A stretch of 64,000 nt of DNA from Utricularia gibba (Eukaryota > Plantae > Magnoliophyta), in contig NEEC01000014.1 of NCBI GenBank assembly GCA_002189035.1, positions 1,364,001 through 1,428,000 of the forward strand, given 5' to 3'. Positions 36,375 through 48,515 of the stretch are shown piece by piece (positions within the stretch are counted from its first letter, which is position 1; each line of letters begins with the position of its first letter). The position numbers and the translations under genes are program-made. Below the pieces are notes generated by a model. The model ran no database searches and had not been told where the DNA came from. It was given only the letters and a program-made list of their open reading frames with translations.

Positions 36375-37798
36375 TCAATGTGATCCATCATCTGAACCAG
36401 CTTCAGAAGACTGCAGCAAGCCCTGATCTTGCTTCTGTAGTTCTTTCAATCGCCCCTTTGCGTATAATGTGCAGATCACTGTGGTGGCTACTGATGTGCA
36501 CAGGCCAATGATGTTCACCACAATCTGTCCAGGAGTCATAGAGGGGCGGTCCTGTGAGGCTTCGGCCAATGTCATTATCATGATTCCACTGCAGATGAAC
36601 AAGCAAACTGTGTTAATTTAGTGGAGCTGCTTGATAACCAAAGCAGAATGTCAGATTCTGTCACTGGTCAAGCAGAAGCAATCATGCGAAAGCAATTGGA
36701 CATGGAGTTAGAAGATTTACGTGTAAATGGAGATGAATATTTCAGGTACCATCCCCACCAGGGAACCGAGGAGATAAGGTCCATACTTCACTGTGGTAGC
36801 CGAAGCAAGGTAGTTGTATGCTACATTAGGGATAGGTGAAACTCTTATTAAAGCAACAACTCGGCATTGATGAAACCAGTCCCCCTCTCCAGCAAGTTTT
36901 ATTGAAGCAGCATTCTTTGTGTATCGTTCTAGATATTCCTGTATGTAACAGACATTTTGATGTCACAGCAACAGGTCTACCTTAACCAGTTTGAACAAAA
37001 CTAGCTAGGAAAATATACATACATGGATTTTGTCTGTGAAAAGTGAACCAATGAAATAGGGAAGAGAGAGGCCAAATATCAATCCTCCAACGATGAGTAG
37101 AAACCCCAAACCGTATCCAAACGTCATGCCGCTGACCCACATTGATGGTGCTGAAGGCATAAGAAGGGATGGAAGTATTGCAAGGCAACCAAAAACAATG
37201 AGAGCTACCACAGGTTTGCTGAAAGTCTTCCTCTCCCAGATTATAATGGGGAGGAGTTCCTGATGAATGTAGAGAAAACAAGATCAGATGTAGAAAGAAG
37301 AAGCATTGTAACCATTACGAGGATCTCAGTATACAAGTCAACTTGAAGGTCATAAAATCATTCATTCGAGCAACAAGAACAAACTGCTATCAAGATCAAT
37401 ATGCAAAACCAAAAAAAAAAAAATAATAACAGATGGACATTTATACATGCCCATGGCTGGCTGAGGAACCACAAAAAGATGCATTAATGACACACACAAC
37501 GTACGGATACATAATGGAGAAAGATTTGAACTTGCAGTAGATGTATGAGAGAGAGAACCTTATCCATCAAGAACGGCCCGACCCATTTCACGATTACCGC
37601 AGCCAGTAAACCAACAGCCAATACTACCAGCCCCAGCTTCACCCACCACCACAAGGATCCACGCCCGCCTCTACAACGATCGTTGCCCACTTCCTCATCC
37701 CCAACACTTTCTGCATCGGAGGCAATGCCGCGGCCCTCTTCCAATTTCACGTAATCTCCCAATAGTGCAGAATATTTATCTTCAGCGATGGTACCCAT
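36375..37798 (-). CDS. SNARE-associated Golgi protein (TVP38/TMEM64, VTT domain); 4 exons
   Basis: ATG at 37798; GDYVKLEE; SLWWWVKL..KWVGPFLMDK|ELLPIIIWE; PSAPSMWVSGMTFGYGLGF; LAGEGDWFHQCRVVALIRVSPIP; YGPYLLGSLVGMVPEIFISIYT|G. Confidence 0.88.
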
Positions 37799-38396
37799 CC
37801 CCAACCCTTTTCCGATGGATCAGACTCGTCGAATCTGCGGGTTTGATTCAGAAAATGGCAATGCCCAGAAGCCCGAAAAGACAAGCGATTGGACCAGATA
37901 ATATGGATGGGTATGATCGCCTAACTTTGATTATTGCCGCGTGCACGCGACGAATCGTCAACGGGAATGAAGTGCACTGAGGGAACAACAGAAAGGAATG
38001 GCGAAGAAGTGGGTAAGATTCGCAAGCCACACGGCAACCCAGATGGTAAAATTGGTTCTTGGATCTAACGCTTATCGCGATTAAACCAGGGAGCTGGAAT
38101 TTGTTTAACCGGCGATCTAGCAGGTTCTTCCTCGACGTGGAGACGACGGTGGGACCACCGGCGTTGCTTCGCCGCCACGTTGAGAATTTTTCCCCCAAAA
38201 GCTTTGCGTTGGCCTGAAACTCTTAAACAACGAAATAACTTATCAAGAATGGAAAAAGTAAAAAAATAAATCAATGATGGAGAATAAATCATCCTTAAAA
38301 ATAGATTATTATTTTTTTAATGTACTGTGCTCTCGACTTTTTCGCCGTTGCCGGCGTGGAGAGCAGCGGTTGTTGGAACTAACGGAATGAACGCCG

Positions 38397-40609
38397 ATGG
38401 AATGCTTCTGCTCCGCCGCAGCAGTTACCAATTTTCCTTTGCTGGAGGGAGTCTCCGGAGGGAGGCCGCCAAAATTTCCTTTCTCTGCCTGCGGAGCCCC
38501 ATTGATTTTTGTGGTCGATTCTTCTTATTCGCTTCCCTTGGAAATTCGCATCTTTGAATTGATTGGTGAAATTCTGATTAATGCAGGATTGAGGCACTCG
38601 CGCTCTTCATTGGATCTTGATTTATGTAAATATTACGTCTTTAGTACTTTTATTTGTGATCGTTGTGCTGATGTTCTCTTCATCCGAAAGGTGCTTCCTG
38701 ACTAAATTTTTGATGGGAAGTCAAGTTGCAGGTGGGCGTTCCAGAACCTTCATTGCTGCCCAGTCTGCGCCTGGAAATGTACCGGAGCCGTCGCCTTTCA
38801 GTAATGTATCAGAATCAGAAATTCCTGAGGTACGTATCTATCTCTTGCGTGATCCTTCTTGACTCTGTATCAAAAAAATTTTGAGTTAATGTTCTATCGT
38901 TTTGTCTTTCTCGTGTCGTATGATGAATAAGAATGGGCCGTCTCGACACTGCCGCCATTCATGAACTGTCCATTTCCGTATCATTACAAGATTTAGCAGT
39001 ATTACATAAAACTGGTTGCTCTTTTACTTTATGCTGTCTGTAAATGAGTGCTTTCCAGTATGCAAATGGTGATCAAGATGCATAAAACCTTGTCATTGCT
39101 TTATCTTGTCAGGTTCAAGAGAAGAGTAAATTTATGAATGTTTTAAAAGGAGCTAGCTCTTTTCTGCCTCAAGCAGTTTTAGCAAGTACTGTGTTAGCTG
39201 TGATATACCCTCCTTCGTTCACCTGGTTCTCTAACAGGTTGGTGGAATTCCAAGTTATGGAATCATATTCTTCACATATTTTTGAATGTGGTGTTGCGTT
39301 CGTAACTAATGATTTAGGTTTTGATATTTAGGTATTATGCTCCAGCTTTAGGCTTCCTGATGTTTGCAGTTGGAGTCAATTCAAATGAAAAGGATTTTTT
39401 GGAAGCATTGGGTCGGCCATCAGCCATTCTTGTTGGCTACATTGGACAGTTTGTGGTGAAACCTCTGTTGGGATATCTTTTCGGTTATATTTCAATGACA
39501 GTTCTCGGTATGCCAAATTCGCTAGGTAATTTAAGTTTTAAAGACCCAAAAATGCTTCCAGTTCCATCTACTTCCAGGTTCACATGTTATTTTACTGCAG
39601 CTGCTGGAATAATGTTGACTTCTTGTGTTAGCGGAGCGCAGCTCTCAAATTATGCAACTTTCCTAACTGATCCAGCCATGGCGCCTCTTAGCATTGTCAT
39701 GACATCCTTGTCCACTGCTACTGCTGTGTTTGTTACTCCACTCTTGTCCTTCCTGCTTATTGGTCAAAGGCTACCAGTGGATGTAAAAGGAATGATTGCC
39801 AATATCCTACAAATTGTGGTTACACCTATTGTAACTGGATTACTTTTGAATAGGTGCATATCCGCTCTTACACTGTTGTTGTTTATTTCTAATCTTCCTC
39901 AGAACCACTTTGAGATCTGCCACCTTATTTGTTTATGTTACGAATAGCCACTCACTTCTTCTTTGATCTGCAGATTTTTTCCTAAAATTTGTGATGCAAT
40001 TCGACCGTTCCTGCCATTGCTTTCAGTTTTTGTAACCACTCTTTGCGTTGGATCCCCACTTGCTATCAACGTGAATTCGATATTGTCCCCTTCTGGGTTC
40101 TCTGTGCTGCTCTTGGTGATTGCATTTCACCTGTCTGCATTTGCCGGGGATATGTTCTTGCTGGTCTTATTCTCCGTGATTCTCGCAATGCCAAAGCTTT
40201 ACAGAGAACACTATCTTATGAGACAGGTTGTTACCACTGCTCTCTCTCAATCATCTTGAGATGAAGTAGAATCAGTTCCCAGCCAGGCGCTTAGACAATG
40301 GCATCTCCACCAAATATTACTCGGAACGATTATAGTTTTCTTGCAACTCAAGTTGTTTAACTGATTCCCCGCCATCTTACAGGAATGCAGAGCAGTCTTT
40401 TGGCACTCGCATTAGCAAACAAATTCTTCCCAGATCCACTCGTCAGCATTCCCCCAGCTATTTCTGTAAGTTTCCTTGGAGATGTTCATCTGTAATTTCT
40501 TGCAAAAAGTCACAAATTTTGATTCGTATTTATGCAGACCGTTACTATGTCACTGATGGGATTCGCCTTAGTAATGCTGTGGACACAAAAGGGAGACAGA
40601 ATTTCATAA
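38397..40609 (+). CDS. Plastid sodium/metabolite cotransporter of the BASS5/BASS6 group; multi-exon; apparent 1-nt deletion at 40146-40149
   Basis: Transit-peptide-like start; YPPSFTWFSNR|YYAPALGFLMFAVGVNS; CVSGAQLSNYATFLTDP; LQRTLSYET|GMQSSLLALALANKFF; ends LVMLWTQKGDRIS* at 40609. Confidence 0.88.
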
Positions 40610-42169
40610 CCTGCACCACTCCTCAGCAATTTGAATCCAAGTAATCCAGACAGAGAGAGGAAGGCTATTCCTTGCTCTTGGCTGAAGACTTGATACATTC
40701 TAAAAATGCTACATCTTATTGACACTTCTAGCAAGTTAGATGCAACTTGTTATGCAATATCACACCCAACAACACTAAAACATTCCAAAGTTTTATGGAA
40801 AGCACTTTTCATGACTGTAAGAGGGGATTGGCAGCTTGGAGCAGTGGTGTTGCTTGAATAACTAGCTATAAAGTAAGCATATTTATGTACAAGGGAAGCA
40901 TTCTGGAGACTGGCCCTTTGCTTTGCTTTACATTGAACCTACTCCATTAAAGCTAATCTACCAAGCTTCGGTCCACCAACTGCTTTCCCAATCTCTTCTG
41001 GCCCATTCTCTTTGGTCTGGTAGTCTAGTCACCAGTCGCTTCCATTCTTCCGTCTCTCTCTCAAAGCAAGTTTGTGTTGTGGGTGGCCCCATCAGATCCG
41101 AAATCTCCCATTCTCTCTCTATCCCCCCCAAGGACAAGAACATACCTTTTCTTTTCTTTTTTCTTCAGTTCAGCCTTCGCTTGTTGACAAAATTATGCCT
41201 GCTTTCTGGGATTCCTTCTTTTTTTTTCTGGGAACTGTTTGAAAACTTAAAGCTCCTTTCTTTTCTAAATTCAATGCTTGCTTTGTGGCTCAACAGCAAC
41301 AGCCTCTCCTCATTGCCTGCTCCTTGTTGATATACCCATCTTGCATCCTTCTTTTTTTTCTCTGGTTTAGCTTTTGTGGGTCTGTTTAGCTTCCTTCCGT
41401 TGGATACTACTGCGGTTGAGTTTCAGTGGTGCTCGGGTAACTACTTTGGGTGGGTTTAGTCTTTTCTTGATATTGCTGATTTTGCTTTTACAGTCTCAAA
41501 ATGTGTTCTACTTTGTGCTTCCGGTTACTGTTTTCGTGCTATCCCTCTGTCGCCGTGTTCCTTCCTTTTTTGATTCGCGTGGTGTTTGATGTCCCTCGTT
41601 TTTACCTTTACATCACGAGAGGGATCTTTTTTTTCTTGTTCTGGGTCAAAGCTTAGACTTATGTTTTACACTTTGGAATCTCTTTTCAGCTCTAAAACTC
41701 TTAGTTCTGCCTTTTGTCTTAAGCTCTGATCATTGATCAGGTTTATTTCCTTCCAAACACAGAATCTTGAGCCTGTTCTTTTCTATTTCCGATGTTCTTT
41801 TTAATGGTGGGAACAATTGATCCAGGCGCTGGCTTTTTGTTTCTCACAGATCTTATAATTCTTCCTTGATGCTGATTATTGTGGCGCTGCTTCTTCAGGG
41901 AGACATGGACTTCGCTGATGCATAGATTTCCAAACCCATAGTGCTTCTTTTTGACTTTTTCTGCTGCAATTTCACATTCTGGGTAACCCGCTGCCTAAAA
42001 AGTTACTTGTGATCTTTCTGCTTTCCTTGTCCGTGTGATTCAGTGATGCTATCCGCTTGTTTTGTTGTATGCCTTCATCGAAATCCTCTGTATTTCTGTG
42101 CTTATTGTGTATAGAATGCAACCGGGTGTAGACTAAGTAAGATTTCCTGGATCTTGCTTTGTAGGCGAA

Positions 42170-43642
42170 ATGCAGTACACCAGCTATATTCCTGCGCATT
42201 ACGGAGATGGAAGTCTTAATGGAGGTGCAGGTGGCGTCATCTGGACAGGCAGTGAGAGATATGGAGATGAAAGAAGTTACGACTTTCAGTTGCAGCAGAT
42301 GCCCATGGATCGCTGCAGAAGCTACAACAAAGGCATGATTTGGTGGATAATGCAAAAGCACGAGGCAACATTTCGACTTCAGGTGCCCATTTTTTGCCTA
42401 AAGTTTTGCCTTTTATGCAACTTGCAGCTCAGGTTGTCATTGATTTTGATCCTCCACAAGGTCCAGGAGCTGCATAGACTGTATGGAAGACAGAGGGAAT
42501 TGATGGAAGAAATGAAAACGAGGCAGGATTTCTTGTGTTCACGGGCATCCGAGCTGTTGTATTCTTCTTCATCGCAAGCCTTCTCCGGTATGAATCCATC
42601 AGTGTTACAGGAAATGAGCTGGCTTCTGGGGCTGCAACCACTGAGTCAATTTCCGGAGCCGACGACCGGAAATGTTCCCAGATCATCTGTGAATATTCAA
42701 GGCCACTCATTTCCAGCATCCCCAAGTAATGGAAACTTGTTTAACTCCCCTGAGCTTCCTCTCTGTGCGCAGCATGACCAGAAGGGTGAACATGAAGAAA
42801 GAAACCATTTTGAAACATCCCATCTGCACAAAGAGAAAGATGCTGATCTATGCGATTCTGATGAAATGAGAACAGGGCTTGCAATTGATCTGAACGAACC
42901 GATCCATATTGAACCACCAGTTTCTAGCTCAGCCAAGTCTGTGATTTCTGAGCAGTCTGGAGTTATAAGCTCTGATGATTTAAACTTGGTGATGGACTTC
43001 GATTTGAACTCAGTGCCTAGTAGTAGTTCCTCCGGTACAGAAATGACTCCGGTAGTGAATGGTTTCAGCCCTGTCTCTTGCTACAAAACACAGAATTTGG
43101 ATTCCAAGAACAGCCACAGGTTATCAGGAACTATACTTGAAATTGATTTGAACTCTACGGTCCTCGGAGATGAGCCTTCAGAGTTAGTTGATCCCACAAA
43201 AGATGCAGACTCCATGTATCCCGTTAGCCCAGAGAACCAGGAGGCTTCACCTCCAAGATGTGAATCGGAGGATATTGCACAAGATTCACCTCTTTCTTCA
43301 ATAGACCTTGATGTCCTAGCTGCTAGCACTTTAGTTACCATTTTGGACAAGGTAAATGGTGAGAACTGCCTCTCTTGGTTCGCTGAGATTGTCTGTTCTT
43401 CATCCGGAGGTAGTCCAAAGAATGATGAACATGAGCTTGCAGCAAACAGAAAACGCAAACCTTCTGGAAAACATGATGGTGGTCATGGAGCTTCAGCAAA
43501 AATAGACAAGCGCTGGATATTTCAAGAAAAGCCTTCATTTTCAAAAGGGATTACTAATTCAACGTGGAAGCAGCAGCACCACAGAAGCTGGGGAAAGACC
43601 GGGAAACGTGAAGGAGGTTGCAGAAGGAGAAGAATTGCTTAA
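42170..43642 (+). CDS. DUF863 plant protein (shortened); in-frame 78-nt intron 42383-42460
   Basis: Signature MQKHEATFRLQ|VQELHRLYGRQRELMEE; repeated IDLNE/FDLNS/IDLNS (DLN, EAR-like) motifs; ASPPRCESE; LSWFAEIV. True start may lie in an upstream exon. Confidence 0.78.
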   Translation: MQYTSYIPAHYGDGSLNGGAGGVIWTGSERYGDERSYDFQLQQMPMDRCRSYNKGMIWWIMQKHEATFRLQVPIFCLKFCLLCNLQLRLSLILILHKVQELHRLYGRQRELMEEMKTRQDFLCSRASELLYSSSSQAFSGMNPSVLQEMSWLLGLQPLSQFPEPTTGNVPRSSVNIQGHSFPASPSNGNLFNSPELPLCAQHDQKGEHEERNHFETSHLHKEKDADLCDSDEMRTGLAIDLNEPIHIEPPVSSSAKSVISEQSGVISSDDLNLVMDFDLNSVPSSSSSGTEMTPVVNGFSPVSCYKTQNLDSKNSHRLSGTILEIDLNSTVLGDEPSELVDPTKDADSMYPVSPENQEASPPRCESEDIAQDSPLSSIDLDVLAASTLVTILDKVNGENCLSWFAEIVCSSSGGSPKNDEHELAANRKRKPSGKHDGGHGASAKIDKRWIFQEKPSFSKGITNSTWKQQHHRSWGKTGKREGGCRRRRIA

Positions 43643-44028
43643 ACTCAAGGCTTTTGATCAAGGGGATGCATGCTAGAAGTAACTCGAGCTAATGCTGTAG
43701 CAAGAATCTACTACCTTGTCCTAAGTTTAATGCCTGTGATTTTGTTCTGAAATTTCAGTATATTTATCTGAAACTGTATCTGTATCATCTTCTTTGGCAT
43801 TGCTGCATTGTAGGATAAGCCATAGAATATGCTGTTTTATTTCAATCCCAGATATATGCAATATGCCAAATGATAATAAAAAATCCTATACGAAATTACA
43901 ACTCCAAAACCCATCTGAGAAATCAGTCCAAAACCAACATGAAGAATAGAATCCAGCCAAAACACAATAAAACAAAACCAGTCTGCCCCCTCACATGAGT
44001 GCCCCATTGCTCTGTACGATAGCCTTCT

Positions 44029-45502
44029 TCAGTGATTTTCTGATTTCTTGTCTTCATTTTCATCACCAGTACATCCATGATGGTGGTGATGATGATACCT
44101 GCAAATAACTTTACATTTCACAACATTATCATAAACATAGAATCCAGGAGCAACCATCATTCTAATCATTGATGCTCCTGCTGCTGCAACTTTCTTAGCC
44201 CCCATGTCTTCCATGTACACACTATCAAACCTTGCTCCTTTATCCACTCGAAAGATGGGTAAACAAGGATGCATGGAATTAGCTAACAAGTGCACCGACC
44301 AAATGGCTTTCGAAGCTCTGAAAAAGGATTGCAAAAGTGGTTCGGGCCAGGCTTGGTTCCATCCAAGCATACCCACAATGTCACTCATTTTTCTGTTGCA
44401 GAATTTGCTGAACTCTTCACTGAAACGCTTGGTTCCTTTACTGAGAACTTCTTCCCATGAGAGCTGATTGAGCTTGTTGAACATGGCGAAATTGGCTTCA
44501 CAATGATCTATTGGGTTCAGAATTGGGTTCGTGGAGTTTTTCTGAAAACCCACTGATTCAAAATCTTGGTAGAAAACCTGGTTTAGCAAGGCTTCCAGAT
44601 AGACAAGGGAGTTTTTGGGGTTCTTTGAAAATGACAGCTTGATTTCGTATGGTTGTAACTGAAGTGAGAGGCGCTCGTATACTTCTCCTCCCATTTGGGT
44701 CATTTGGAGAACCAGAGCACGGCTTAGGATACGAACTGATGATCTTGATTCGGAGACCATGATCAAGAAATGTTGAATCACTTTCTGTGGATCCCCAATT
44801 TTGATGCAGCCGTAGTTCAGATTGTGGCGCTGGCTACCATTGTTGCAAACTTCAAGCCCCTGTTTCAAGCTCTGGCAGTAGGCTTCAAGCTTATTCAGTT
44901 TCTTCTCAAGCTCAGCCATGGAGTACTTTAGCTTCGAAGTTTCATCGATGGCTTCATCCCTTTTCCTAGAAGCATTCACGAGCTTGTTCGAGAGCTCCGC
45001 CACCACCGTCTTCCAGTGCTCCTCCCTCGACACGACGGAGCCCCCGTCTGATGAAAAGGGACTCTTCTTAATAGACAACGAACCAAAAAATGACCTGAAA
45101 ATCCCATTCGGGCTCGGCCCCGCAAGACGGCTGTTCTCCATGGGAACAACTGAAAATCTGTCCCGGTTGCTCGGCCGGCATTTGTTGCACAAAACTCCCG
45201 CGGTGACGTCAGTTTCAGGCCGATTCTTGAAAGCCCCTTTTCCTTCAGAATGCAAAGGAGTTGGGTAATGCTCGTAATCACTTCCTCCAAAACTATTCGG
45301 GAACTCATTCTCTTCGTCACCTTCCACAATCTGCAAACCACACAAAAAATAAACACAGAGAAAGAAAATACACAACACCCACAAACCAGAACCATCAAAT
45401 ACAAATCCAGAAACAGAAACAAGCACTTACAGGGGTGAATTGAGAAGGGCAATGAGGAGAAAAAGAAGCTTTTGAGGACGACGAAGTGGTCATGGGCTTC
45501 AT
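44029..45502 (-). CDS. IRK-interacting (IRKI/GIL1-like) coiled-coil protein; 2 exons
   Basis: Exon 1 MKPMTTSSSS..QFTP| (donor at 45430) spliced to IVEGDEENE (acceptor at 45331); LCNKCRP; RKRDEAI; FYQDFESVGFQKN; LSWEEVLSKGTKRFSEEFSKFC; GFYVYDNVVKCKVICRY. Confidence 0.85.
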
Positions 45503-46467
45503 CTGAATCAATGAACCTTTATTTCGTATCTCCCAAGGAATAAAAAGATTCCAAATGTTTGTATTGTGTGGCATGGGGTTGCCCTCAAATATTTGCAATC
45601 CTCCATCGTGATGACTTTGCAGAGCTGAAAGTGGAGGAATTTAATGCAATGTTCAGCTACCCAGCGAGTCGCCATGGACAAAAGCACTAAATGAGGAAAG
45701 GGAAATGTGTGGGGTCCACTTACGCGCTCTTGCCGGAGCCCCCGCCCACCGGAACGTTGTCATTGGTGCGTGCGAACACGAGGGTGACGCGTTGAGGAAG
45801 TGAGTAATGAAAATGATCAATTTAAATACTAATTTACAACACGCCGAATTTTAGGGGTTTTTTTTTTTAATAAAAAAATGAGAAAGTTGTAATAAAAACT
45901 AAATAATTTAATTATCAAATTTTCAAATTATAAAAAAAAAACACATGAATTTGTAACAAAGACTTAAATAGTTTTCATAATTTTTAAAAATTGAATTGGT
46001 TCACATGAATCAACTCTAATTTCAAAACTAATAAAATTTTGTATTAGGATTTTTCGCATTCGTATATAAAATTTGTCGAATCGAAATCTATCATTAATGT
46101 TATATAATAATACATGATTAAAGTCAAAATTAGTTAGTTTTAATAAAATGAAAATTTAAATATATAATTTCATAAGTTTATGGTAAATTTTTATAAAAGA
46201 AGTAAGTTGAAGGGTGTAGTGCAATTTTAAAACTTGAAAACTAAGGTCTTTATACTGATTGTAATTTATAGTGATGAAGCCAAACTCTACTAAAAAATAA
46301 ATATACATTGCGTTTTATTTGTATGAAATACATAATTTTGGACCCATAATTGGGCCTCAAAGCCCAACACTGTTTTCTTTTTTTGGGGGGTAGGTTTGCT
46401 CGAGCATCATCTCCCAAAAGGGAATCATTCGCGTCGGCAAAAATACCAGTGAAGTGTAGGTGGCTAT

Positions 46468-47168
46468 TCACATAGGGATCAGCTGCTTACGAAGGCTGTT
46501 GCACTGGCCGGAGGCCTCTGCACCGGTGGCACCGACATAGGCAATGTCCAGGCCATTGCCGACCGGCAGAAACACCGTCTTAACTATCGGAGATCCCCAT
46601 CCGAGGACGCTCCGCCACCGGAAATCATTGGCGAAGGCGGAGCTAGCGTTCTTGCACATCAAAACCGCCCCCCTGTTTCCAAGTTTGGCAGCCCTCAACG
46701 CTCTCATGAAGTCTCCCCGGCTGCAATCCACCACTAGGAAATCGACGCCGGCTAGGGCTTTGATGGTCGTATCCATCTGCCCAATGATTACTTCCGCCCC
46801 CACGCCCGATCTCTCCATCACCGCCGAGTACTCCGATGAGGACTCCTCATCAGGGACAACGCAGACGTGCCGTGCTCCAGTACGGCGAGTGGCCATCGCC
46901 AGGCCGACGCTGGTGGCGGTGGCGCCGCCCCGGCTCCACGTCTCAACGATCAGGGAAGCGTTCCACCCGGCAGCCATGGCCGACACAAGCTCCGCAACGC
47001 TAGATGGCCGGCAGTCCCCACACTGCATACACAGAAAACGGAAATTAGAGCAGAGAATCCCACACAGAGAGTCGGTTTTTTTTCATGATCGGAACTCACT
47101 GCTTTCACGGTGTCGATGTAAGCCTCCAAGGCGGCCTCCGGCGACCAAACCAACTCCATTTCCTCCAT
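46468..47168 (-). CDS. DUF1442 family protein (methyltransferase-like fold, function unknown); 2 exons
   Basis: MELVWSPEAALEAYIDTVKA|C (intron 47023-47099); AELVSAMAAGWNASLIVETWS; RHVCVVPDE; VDFLVVDC; FLPVGNGLDIAYV. Confidence 0.88.
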
Positions 47169-48082
47169 CTTCAGAAGAACAACGAGGAATGCGTGCAGGA
47201 GAACGACTCTTATCTGAAAAACAATATAACATGAGGGAGGCAAACGCAGACAAGCAAAAAGGTATGGACCAATAGCCGGCGTTGACTTTTTGCAACCACC
47301 AACTTGTGCAAAAAAGTCAACAAAACATAAAATAATATACTCACGTTTCGTTACCGTTTTTATTTTAAGTCCGTAGGGTAAAACAGTGCACCTTAAACTA
47401 GCAGAGCATTCCCTCATGAATGCACCGCACCCCTTAAATTAAAGTTACTGACCCGTGCTTGTTCTTAAAAAAAGATTAGCCCGCCCATAGAACCATTTAG
47501 CCGCCGGTCCGGCCGGCTTTTGACTTTCTCATGTAGCCTCTATTCTTTTAAAATTAATTTTCGAAAATGTGTGTATTCTAAAAATAATAATTTATTTTAT
47601 ATTTATAAAATTGAATATTATAAATATTTTTTAAAAATTATTTTTCGGAAATACAAGTTAAAAATTTTCAAAATTATTTTTAAAAAAATAGAAATAATAA
47701 GTAAAAGTAACTATTCCTTATTTTTTTCAAAAATAATTATTATAATACAATTTCAAAAATATTTTTTGATAGAATTACTTTTATAATTGATAATATTCTA
47801 AAATAAAATTATTTTTACTTTTAAAACATAAAAATAAAAATTTCCCAGAATACAGTTTAAATCATTTTTTATACATTAGATCAAGCACATTATCTTCTTT
47901 CTTTTTTTTACATGATGATCAGATTTCTAAATGACTCGAAATCCTCCTATGTGTTAGCAATCAATGTTGAATAGGATCCACTCCTCATGGCGTAGAAACA
48001 CATGCGCAGGGGTAGGATACGTATAATAAGCATCCCCTATAAGTACGTATGTACGCATGTAGTATCTATCTCTCAATAAATG

Positions 48083-48277
48083 TCAACTCATGGGGAGTGG
48101 TAGGATCCTGTGTATTTCAGGCGAGGACTCCGCCGGCGGGACGGCCGACGTGACGTCACCGGTGGCGGCGGCGGAGGGAAAGTTGTCGCCCACAAGATGG
48201 CAGGATTCTATGGGCGGAATGTTGAAGGGCTGGCGATAAGTGTGTACGGTCACTAGTCGGATTTGGGCATTGACCAT
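48083..48277 (-). CDS. Possible small orphan ORF (64 aa)
   Basis: ATG-to-TGA ORF in a GC-rich island between AT-rich spacers; no family recognised. Confidence 0.25.
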   Translation of the reverse strand: MVNAQIRLVTVHTYRQPFNIPPIESCHLVGDNFPSAAATGDVTSAVPPAESSPEIHRILPLPMS

Positions 48278-48515
48278 CTGGAGCGAAGGAAGTTTCTAAG
48301 GGGAGCACTTTGGAATATTGTAAATGAATAATCATACGTGGACATGACTAATGAGTATATTATATACATGCATCTTGATTTTTTTTAAAAAACGACTTCA
48401 ATCCATTTTAATATTTAATTCCAATTCTGGACTCAATTCAATATAAAAATAACCATCAATTCGTATTAAATTTATCAATTAAAACCAAACCAAAACTAAA
48501 ACGACGTCGTTTTCG

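Noticed and set aside
47572-47854. Possible MITE with 8-bp inverted ends (TGTATTCT/AGAATACA)
   Set aside because: No target-site duplication, and an 8-bp match is expected by chance in such AT-rich DNA; a copy-number search would be needed.
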